Origin: an uncultured Acidobacteriota bacterium
GTDB taxonomy: Bacteria; Acidobacteriota; Vicinamibacteria; Vicinamibacterales; Fen-181
NCBI GenBank assembly: GCA_963741715.1
Contig: CAVUJA010000003.1
Location: forward strand, 167,854 to 231,853
Direction of reading: 5' to 3'
Length of the DNA stretch: 64,000 bases
Of this stretch, positions 56,604 through 64,000 are shown one piece after another. Every line of letters starts with the position of its first letter. Position 1 is the first letter of the stretch. The notes under the pieces are model-generated. The model was given only the letters and a program-made list of their open reading frames with translations. It was not told where the DNA came from and did not search any database. A program made the position numbers and the translations under genes.

Positions 56604-58529
56604 TTAGGCGGGACGCTTTCCCGAGTACTCGAGCATCTGCGCCGCGAAGTCGAGCGGGTAGGTGATCGCGACGTCCTCGATCGCGCCTGCCGCGCTGCGG
56701 ACCGGCTGGAGCTTCGGCATCACGAATCCGGTGTACGACGGCAGGTCCAGCTCTTCGACCCTCGCCACCACCTCGTCCCTGAGCGCCGGATCGAAGTGGA
56801 CGCCGTGGGTTTCGAACAGGCCGGCGGCCGCGTCGTAATCCCCGGTGGCCTTGATCCGCTGCACCTCGGCCAGCAGACGGCCCACGCCCTGGCGAAACGC
56901 CGCCGCGTCGGTCATCACGTAGTAGGTCTTCCCGTCACGCTTGCGCACGTCGATCGCCCTGGTGTTCGCAATCAGCCAGTGGACGACCATCTGGCGGTTG
57001 CGCATGTGGTCCTCTTCGATCTGCGATCCCTCGCGCATCCGGCGGAGCTGCACCAGCACGTTGCGAGAGTAGGCTTCGTATTCGGCGAGGACGACCTCGG
57101 CATGGTCAGCCGCCGATACGAGGCCCAGCTCGACCACCTTGGGGTCGGCCATGAAGTAGAGCCCGACGAGGTCGGCGCGGGTCTCTTCGAGCGCCGAGAA
57201 GTGCTCGCGCAGGAACGCCTGGGGATTGCCATTCAGACGCGGCTCGACCTTGCCCGACCCGTGGCCGATCACCTCGTGCATGTTGGTCATCAGCTCGCCG
57301 GCGAACACGGCCCACTTCTCCGCGCGCTCCGCCTCCTCGGGCGTCCACGAGAATTCCTTTCGGAAACCGCGCGGGGTCGCCTTCTCGTGGGCCTCGGTGA
57401 CATTGGAGAGCGACACCGACTTGCTGCCGTGCCGCTCGCGGACGTGCTGATCGTTCGGGAGGTTGATGCCGACTGGCGTCACGGGGCCGGCGTGGCCGCT
57501 CTCCACCACCACCTCGACCGCGTTGCCCGTCACGCCGCGGACGCCCTCCTTTCGGTAGACGGCCTCCCACGGCATGTGGTCCTCGAACCACTGCGCCTCG
57601 CGCGCGAGGGTGCGGATGGCCTCGGTCTTCTCGTGGTTGACGTAGTAGACCAGCCCCTCCCACGCCCCCTTCACCCCGCGCGCGTCGAGGTAGACCTCGA
57701 TGAACCCGTTGATGGTGTCCACCGGCGACTCGCGGTCGGACACCCAGGCGATGTCGTACGCCTCGCGGTCGGCGGTCTCCCCGGTGCGGTAGAACCTGAC
57801 GAGCGCCGACAGAGCCGCCGCCATCGCCGGGCTGGCATAAGGAACGGCCCGCTCGAGGTGGCCGACAATGGCGTCGATCTCCTTGCCGTACTTTCCGCCC
57901 GACCGGTAGACCTCCTCGACGAGGGTGTCGCCGCGGCGAACGAGCCGCGAGTTCAAGGGGTAGCGCTCCGCAAAGCCCGCGAGCCGCGCCATGTTCACAC
58001 CCCGGTAGAGGTTGTTCGCGCTCGCCTCGAGGATGTCGCGGCCCCCGCCGGGTGTCTTGCTCGTGCAGAGGGGTTCGAACGCGAGGTCGAAGAACAGCGG
58101 CTGCAGGCGCGCGAGCATCTCGTCGAGGGACTCGCCCTGGCGCGACGGAAACCGGGCGCCGTTCTTCCGGGCCCTGCGGGCCGCGGCGGCGAACGCCGCC
58201 GGCGCGCAGCGCATCACGAACTTGCGCGCCGTCAGGTTGTTGAACGGGCCGGTGTTCAGCCAGAACAGCTTGGTGTAGCGCAGGATCTCGGCGAGCGTCG
58301 CGGCGTCAATCCCCTCCTGGTGCGTGAGAATCTCCTCCAGCACCTCGCGCATCTCCAGGTTGTGGGCGTAGCGCTGGTCGTAGAAGATGTCGCGCCCTGC
58401 GAGCGCCGCGTTGTAGAGATGCCAGACGAGGACCTTCTCGCGGAGCGGCAGCGCGGAGAATCCGTCTGCGTAGAGCTGAGCGACGGCGGCTTCGTCAACT
58501 CGTTCGAGAAGGTAGGAACGGTCGGACAT
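56604..58529 (-). CDS. Dipeptidyl peptidase III (M49 family)
   Basis: HEVIGHGSG (HEXXGH), EETRAD, GFIEVY, GINLPND, EEDHMRNR. Confidence 0.9.
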   Translation of the reverse strand: MSDRSYLLERVDEAAVAQLYADGFSALPLREKVLVWHLYNAALAGRDIFYDQRYAHNLEMREVLEEILTHQEGIDAATLAEILRYTKLFWLNTGPFNNLTARKFVMRCAPAAFAAAARRARKNGARFPSRQGESLDEMLARLQPLFFDLAFEPLCTSKTPGGGRDILEASANNLYRGVNMARLAGFAERYPLNSRLVRRGDTLVEEVYRSGGKYGKEIDAIVGHLERAVPYASPAMAAALSALVRFYRTGETADREAYDIAWVSDRESPVDTINGFIEVYLDARGVKGAWEGLVYYVNHEKTEAIRTLAREAQWFEDHMPWEAVYRKEGVRGVTGNAVEVVVESGHAGPVTPVGINLPNDQHVRERHGSKSVSLSNVTEAHEKATPRGFRKEFSWTPEEAERAEKWAVFAGELMTNMHEVIGHGSGKVEPRLNGNPQAFLREHFSALEETRADLVGLYFMADPKVVELGLVSAADHAEVVLAEYEAYSRNVLVQLRRMREGSQIEEDHMRNRQMVVHWLIANTRAIDVRKRDGKTYYVMTDAAAFRQGVGRLLAEVQRIKATGDYDAAAGLFETHGVHFDPALRDEVVARVEELDLPSYTGFVMPKLQPVRSAAGAIEDVAITYPLDFAAQMLEYSGKRPA

Positions 58530-58582
58530 CGGGGCCTCGGCGACCGCCACAGGGGAACCTGTCGGCGCAGAAGTGAAGGATG

Positions 58583-59968
58583 CTACGGCAGCTCCACCGC
58601 CTGCAGGTAGTCGGGCACGACCACCGGCCAGCGCAGCTCGCTGCGGATCTTGCCGGCCAGCGCGTCGGCCGCGGCGGGCTCGCCGTGCACGACACAGGTC
58701 AGCCGGGGGGGGCGGGTGAAGCCAGACAGCCACCGCATCAACTCGGCGGCGTCGGCGTGCGCCGACATCGAGTGCAACTGCGCGATCTCGGCGTTCACCG
58801 CCACCATCTCGCCGTGGATCTTGACCGCGCGCTCGCCCTCGAGCAGCCTCCGTCCGCGCGTGCCCTCGGCCTGGTAGCCCGAGAACAGCACCGTGTTCCG
58901 CGCGTTCGGCAGCGCCGCCTTGAGGTGGCCGAGCACGCGCCCTCCCGTGGCCATCCCGCTCGACGAGACCACGATCGACGGGACGCGGGAAGCGGCGAGC
59001 TCGGCGGATTGGCGCGGCGTGGCGACGGTCTGAAACCGCTTCGTCATGAACGCCGACACCTGTCCCCGCGCCGGCACGATGTCGGGGTCGAGCTCGTCGG
59101 CCCGGTCCGAGTAGTGCTCGAGCGCCTCGACCGCCATCGGGCTGTCGAGGTACACCGGCACCACGGGGATGCGGCCCGCGTCCTCGAGCTTCTTCAGCCA
59201 GTAGATGACTTCCTCGACCCGGCCGATGGCGAACGCCGGCACGATCACTTTTCCGCCGCGCTCGACGGTCCGCGAGACGATCGACGCCAGCGCCGCGCCG
59301 TCGTTGTCGGGCTCGTGCAGCCGGTCGCCGTAGGTCGACTCGACGATCAACGTGTCGGCATGCTCGACGCGCAGCGGGTCGGGCAGGATCGGCCGGTCGT
59401 ATCGCCCCACGTCGCCGCTGAACACCACCTCGCGGCCGCCGTCCACGTCGAGGCCAAGCGCTGCAAAGGCCGATCCGAGCAGGTGCCCGGAGTTCACGAA
59501 CCGGACGATCACGCCGTCGGTGACGGGAACCGGCCGGTCGAAGCCCACCGGCTGCAGCTTGGCCAGCACCCGATAGGCGTCGGCCTCGGTGAAGAGCGGC
59601 AGCGCGGGGCTGTGCTTGGTGTAACCGTGGCGATTCGCTTCGCGCGCGTCTTCCTCCGCGATCCGTCCCGCATCCGGCAGCACGATCTTGCACAGGTCGG
59701 CCGTGCCCGGCGTGCAGAAGACCCGGCCCTGGAATCCCTCGGCGAACAGTCGCGGCAGAAACCCGCTGTGATCGATGTGGGCGTGGGTGAGCACGACCGC
59801 GTGGATGGTCGCTGCGGGCACAGGCAGCGGCTGCCAGTTCCGCTCCCGCAACTCCTTGAGCCCCTGGAACAGGCCGCAGTCCACCAGCACCCGGCGGTCG
59901 TTGACCTCCAGCAGGTACTTCGAACCGGTGACCGTGCGCGCGGCGCCGAGAAACGTCAGCGAAGGCAT
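58583..59968 (-). CDS. MBL-fold beta-CASP ribonuclease
   Basis: LTHAHIDHSG, SGHLLGS, FSGDVG, ESTYG, PAFAIGR, SSGMATGGR, SAHAD. Confidence 0.92.
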   Translation of the reverse strand: MPSLTFLGAARTVTGSKYLLEVNDRRVLVDCGLFQGLKELRERNWQPLPVPAATIHAVVLTHAHIDHSGFLPRLFAEGFQGRVFCTPGTADLCKIVLPDAGRIAEEDAREANRHGYTKHSPALPLFTEADAYRVLAKLQPVGFDRPVPVTDGVIVRFVNSGHLLGSAFAALGLDVDGGREVVFSGDVGRYDRPILPDPLRVEHADTLIVESTYGDRLHEPDNDGAALASIVSRTVERGGKVIVPAFAIGRVEEVIYWLKKLEDAGRIPVVPVYLDSPMAVEALEHYSDRADELDPDIVPARGQVSAFMTKRFQTVATPRQSAELAASRVPSIVVSSSGMATGGRVLGHLKAALPNARNTVLFSGYQAEGTRGRRLLEGERAVKIHGEMVAVNAEIAQLHSMSAHADAAELMRWLSGFTRPPRLTCVVHGEPAAADALAGKIRSELRWPVVVPDYLQAVELP

Positions 59969-59974
59969 GCGCCA

Positions 59975-60967
59975 CTATAACGCGAAAATCCCGACCTGCC
60001 CGCCCGTGTGCCAGAACAGCGCCGTCGCGTCGGCCGGGACCCGCCCCTCTCGCAGCCAACCGATCATGCCCGCCAGCGCCTTGGCGGTGTACGTGTGGTC
60101 CACCACCAGCGCCTCGGTGCGGGCCAACAGCGACTGCGCCTCGCGTGACGCCTCGCTCGCCACACCGTAACCCTCGCCGACGAACCGGTCATCTGCCTCG
60201 ACGGGCCGCGACGCCGCGAACGGGGCGCCGTCGACACCGAGCAGGGCGCCGATGCCCGCGACGATGCCGCCGACGGTCGCCTGGAGGCTCGCCACGGTCT
60301 CGTCGGCGCTGATCCCGATGACGCGCGTGGCGAGCCCGCGGACGGCGCAGCCTGCGACCAGCCCGGCTTGCGTCCCGCCCGACGAGGTGGAGTGGAAGAT
60401 GAAGTCCGGCGGCTCGGGCAGCTGCGCCACCAGCTCGCCGACCGCGCGGACGAAGCCGAGCGCGCCGAGCGGCGTGGACGCGCCCAGGGGAATCACGAAC
60501 GGCCGCCCGCCGCGTTGGCGCCACTCGGCCGCCGCCCGCTCCATGCCGGGCGCCCGATCGTCGCGCGACGCCACGTAGCGCACCTCCGCGCCGTACATGG
60601 AGTCCAGCAGCGCGTTCCCCGACAGCGTGTCGGGACGAGCGCCGTTGGCGACGATGACGCACCGCATGCCGAGGCGCGCGGCCGCGGCGGCCGTCGCGCG
60701 GCAGTGATTCGACTGCACGCCGCCCGTGGTAATCAGCAGGTCGGCGCCCTCCGCTCGCGCGCGCGCCGCCACCATCTCGATCTTGCGCACCTTGTTCCCG
60801 CCGAACCCGAACGCGATCGCATCGTCGCGCTTGACGAGCAGGCGGGGACGGCACCCGAGTGCCGAGCGGAAACGGGCGACGTCCTCGACGGGGGTCGGGT
60901 AGTGGCCGAGCGCGAGCGACGGCACCCGGTCGAGGGCGGCGAGCGCGGCGGCGTCGGGGGTCGGCAT
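59975..60967 (-). CDS. D-cysteine desulfhydrase / ACC deaminase / cysteate sulfo-lyase family PLP enzyme
   Basis: PTPV, KRDD, GGNKVRK, GGVQSNHCR, SSGGTQAG, DHTYTAKA, FWHTGG. Confidence 0.88.
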   Translation of the reverse strand: MPTPDAAALAALDRVPSLALGHYPTPVEDVARFRSALGCRPRLLVKRDDAIAFGFGGNKVRKIEMVAARARAEGADLLITTGGVQSNHCRATAAAAARLGMRCVIVANGARPDTLSGNALLDSMYGAEVRYVASRDDRAPGMERAAAEWRQRGGRPFVIPLGASTPLGALGFVRAVGELVAQLPEPPDFIFHSTSSGGTQAGLVAGCAVRGLATRVIGISADETVASLQATVGGIVAGIGALLGVDGAPFAASRPVEADDRFVGEGYGVASEASREAQSLLARTEALVVDHTYTAKALAGMIGWLREGRVPADATALFWHTGGQVGIFAL

Positions 60968-61025
60968 CTGGCGGTATTGTATACTCGCGGAATCGTCCGT
61001 TCCGCCCGAAGGGAAGCCGTCTTCC

Positions 61026-61974
<949 letters not shown>

Positions 61975-61990
61975 GGTCAGCGAAGCACCC

Positions 61991-63199
61991 ATGTCCCACT
62001 TCTTCGACACCGTACCCTTCTCCGGGATCATCCGCATCCGCGACATGATGTACGCCGTCGACCGGCCGTTCCGCCTCGACCAGGGCGACGTGAGCTTCGA
62101 CGCGCCCGAGACGGTCAAGGCGGCGATGGCCCGGGCGATCGCCGACAACCGGTCGCACTACCTGCAGACGGCCGGCGTTCCGCGCCTCCAGGAGCTGCTG
62201 GCGCGGAAGCTCGGCGAGAAGAACGGCATCCCGGTGGCCACCCCCGACGAGGTGCTGGTGACCAACGGCGGCATACACGGCCTGTTCATCCTGTTCCAGG
62301 CGCTTCTCGATCCCGGCGACGAGGTGATCATCCCGGACCCCCAGTGGCCGCCGGCGGCCGGCACGATTCTGTCGGCGCGGGGCGTGGTGGTGCGCTGCCC
62401 GGTCCACGAGGCCCTGGGCTGGCGTTTCGACCTGGAGGAACTGGCGGCGCGCGTCACGCCGCGAACGCGGGTGATCTACCTGAACTCGCCGCAGAACCCG
62501 ACCGGGGGCGTGCTGACCTCCGCCGACCTCGAGGGGATCGCCCGCCTGGCGCGCGAGCACGGCTTGTGGGTCGTCTCCGACGAAGCCTACGAGGACGTCG
62601 TCTTCGGCGCGCAGCACGTGAGCGCGGCGTCGCTGCCCGGGATGTATCCGCGCACCATCCCCGTCTACACCTTCAGCAAGTCGTACGCGATGACCGGCCT
62701 GCGCCTCGGCTACATGGCGGTGGCCGATCCGGCGCTGCGGGACCGGATCAGGAAGGTGCTGTTCTTCACGACGAGCAACGTGTCGTCGGTCGTGCAGTAC
62801 GGCGGCATCGGGGCGCTCGAAGGATCGCAGGCGGTCGTGGAGCAGTATCGGGCCGAGCTTCAGATCCGCCGCGACTTGTTCTACGCGGGCATCGAGACGC
62901 TGGGCGGCGTGCTGAAGGGACGGCCCCCGGCCGGCGCCTTCTACGCGTTCCTCGAGTTCGACCCGGCGTGGAAGGCCCGGCGGGCCAAGGGCGCAGGCCG
63001 CGCGACGCCAACATCCGGCGGGAGCGCGGCGTCCGCCTCGTGGGAACTCGCGGAGTACCTGATCTCCGAGGGGCGAATCGGCTGCATCCCGGGCGCCGAC
63101 TTCGGGCCTGCGGGCGAGGGGTACCTGCGATTCTGCTTCGCCCGCGACCGCGCGGAACTCGACGGCGCGCTGGCATCTCTGCGCGGACTGTTCGTGTGA
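61991..63199 (+). CDS. Class I/II PLP-dependent aminotransferase
   Basis: NSPQNPTG, SDEAY, FSKSYAMTGLRLG, GAFY, YLRFCFA. Confidence 0.92.
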   Translation: MSHFFDTVPFSGIIRIRDMMYAVDRPFRLDQGDVSFDAPETVKAAMARAIADNRSHYLQTAGVPRLQELLARKLGEKNGIPVATPDEVLVTNGGIHGLFILFQALLDPGDEVIIPDPQWPPAAGTILSARGVVVRCPVHEALGWRFDLEELAARVTPRTRVIYLNSPQNPTGGVLTSADLEGIARLAREHGLWVVSDEAYEDVVFGAQHVSAASLPGMYPRTIPVYTFSKSYAMTGLRLGYMAVADPALRDRIRKVLFFTTSNVSSVVQYGGIGALEGSQAVVEQYRAELQIRRDLFYAGIETLGGVLKGRPPAGAFYAFLEFDPAWKARRAKGAGRATPTSGGSAASASWELAEYLISEGRIGCIPGADFGPAGEGYLRFCFARDRAELDGALASLRGLFV

Positions 63200-63271
63200 A
63201 GGCGTCCTGGCAGCCCACTCCACGACCCGGTCGCGCGCCGGCCGGCTGCTACGACGTTCCTCCGCCGGCGG

Positions 63272-64000
63272 CTACTCGAGGTGCCGGCCGCCGTCGACGC
63301 GAATCACCTCGCCGGTCATGAAGTCGGTCTCGATCAGCGCGATCACGGCCTTCGCGATCTCGGCGCCGCCACCCCACCGGCCCAGCGGCGTCGCCTTCTC
63401 GACCGCCTCGAGTTCCGACTCCGCGAGGTCGGGGGGCGGCAGGATGGGTCCTGGTGCGACCGCATTCACCAGGATCTGATCCTCGGCCAGTTCCAACGCG
63501 AGCGCCTCGGTCAGGCCGATGACGGCCTTCTTCGCCACGTAGTACGACAGGAATCCCTTGTAGCGCGGGCGCTGGCTGACCGCCAACCAGTCGGAGAAGT
63601 TGATGATCCGCCCGCCGCCGGCGGCCCGCATGTGCGGCACCGCCGCCCGCGCGCACAGGAACGCCGACGAAAGGTCCACGTCCAGGTTGGCCGTGAACTG
63701 CTCGGCCGACAGCGCGTCGAACGGGATCGAGCGGTACATCGACGCCATGTTGACGAGGACGTCGAGCCGACCGAGCTGCTCGACGGCCGCCGCCACCAGC
63801 GCCTCGCACTCGGCGGCATTCGCGACGTTGGCCTGCCAGACGATCGCACGGCGGCCGGCGGCCCGCACGGCGTCGGCCGCCGCCTCGGCCTCGCCGCGCG
63901 ACCGGTTGTAGCCGAGCGCCACGTGCGCGCCGCGGCGCGCCGCCTCGACGGCGACACTGGCTCCGATCCGCTTCGCCCCGGTGATCAGAACGACCCGGTC
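63272..64000 (-). CDS. SDR oxidoreductase, pteridine reductase (FolM/PTR1)-like, 5' end outside window
   Basis: VLITGAKRIG (read at the window edge), VNMAS, YYVAK, VNAVAPGPIL, TPLGRWG, VDGGRHL. Confidence 0.8.
   Translation of the reverse strand, partial: DRVVLITGAKRIGASVAVEAARRGAHVALGYNRSRGEAEAAADAVRAAGRRAIVWQANVANAAECEALVAAAVEQLGRLDVLVNMASMYRSIPFDALSAEQFTANLDVDLSSAFLCARAAVPHMRAAGGGRIINFSDWLAVSQRPRYKGFLSYYVAKKAVIGLTEALALELAEDQILVNAVAPGPILPPPDLAESELEAVEKATPLGRWGGGAEIAKAVIALIETDFMTGEVIRVDGGRHLE

Overview
Very GC-rich (about 70% by eye), gene-dense bacterial window. Gene content suggests Acidobacteriota, possibly Vicinamibacteria-like (inference). The centre is a minus-strand dissimilatory sulfite reduction cluster: MerR/XRE/cupin regulator - short dsrL-like gene - dsrA-dsrB-dsrD-dsrC-dsrMKJOP-dsrN-cysG. 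There is no dsrT, dsrEFH, sat, apr or qmo in the window. It is followed by an M14 peptidase and one 1685-aa MetV-MetF-MetH fusion. The flanks carry amino-acid/aldehyde metabolism, folate/C1 enzymes, peptidases, Ada and glycosyltransferases. No rRNA, tRNA, CRISPR, transposase or integrase was seen. The main unexplained structure is a set of degenerate 7-nt-period tandem arrays in many intergenic spaces, often as inverted pairs around a short palindrome. One pair forms 30-bp (28/30) terminal inverted repeats enclosing a four-helix-bundle (IVS/Avd-like) gene between aor and a thiS/moaD gene, resembling an mRNA-level intervening-sequence cassette. Other highlights are a DsrL lacking its NAD(P)H-binding domain, palindromic elements embedded in coding sequence, and five +1 frameshifts at palindromic methylation-type motifs (probably long-read errors). 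All family calls come from motif recognition by eye; no database search was run.
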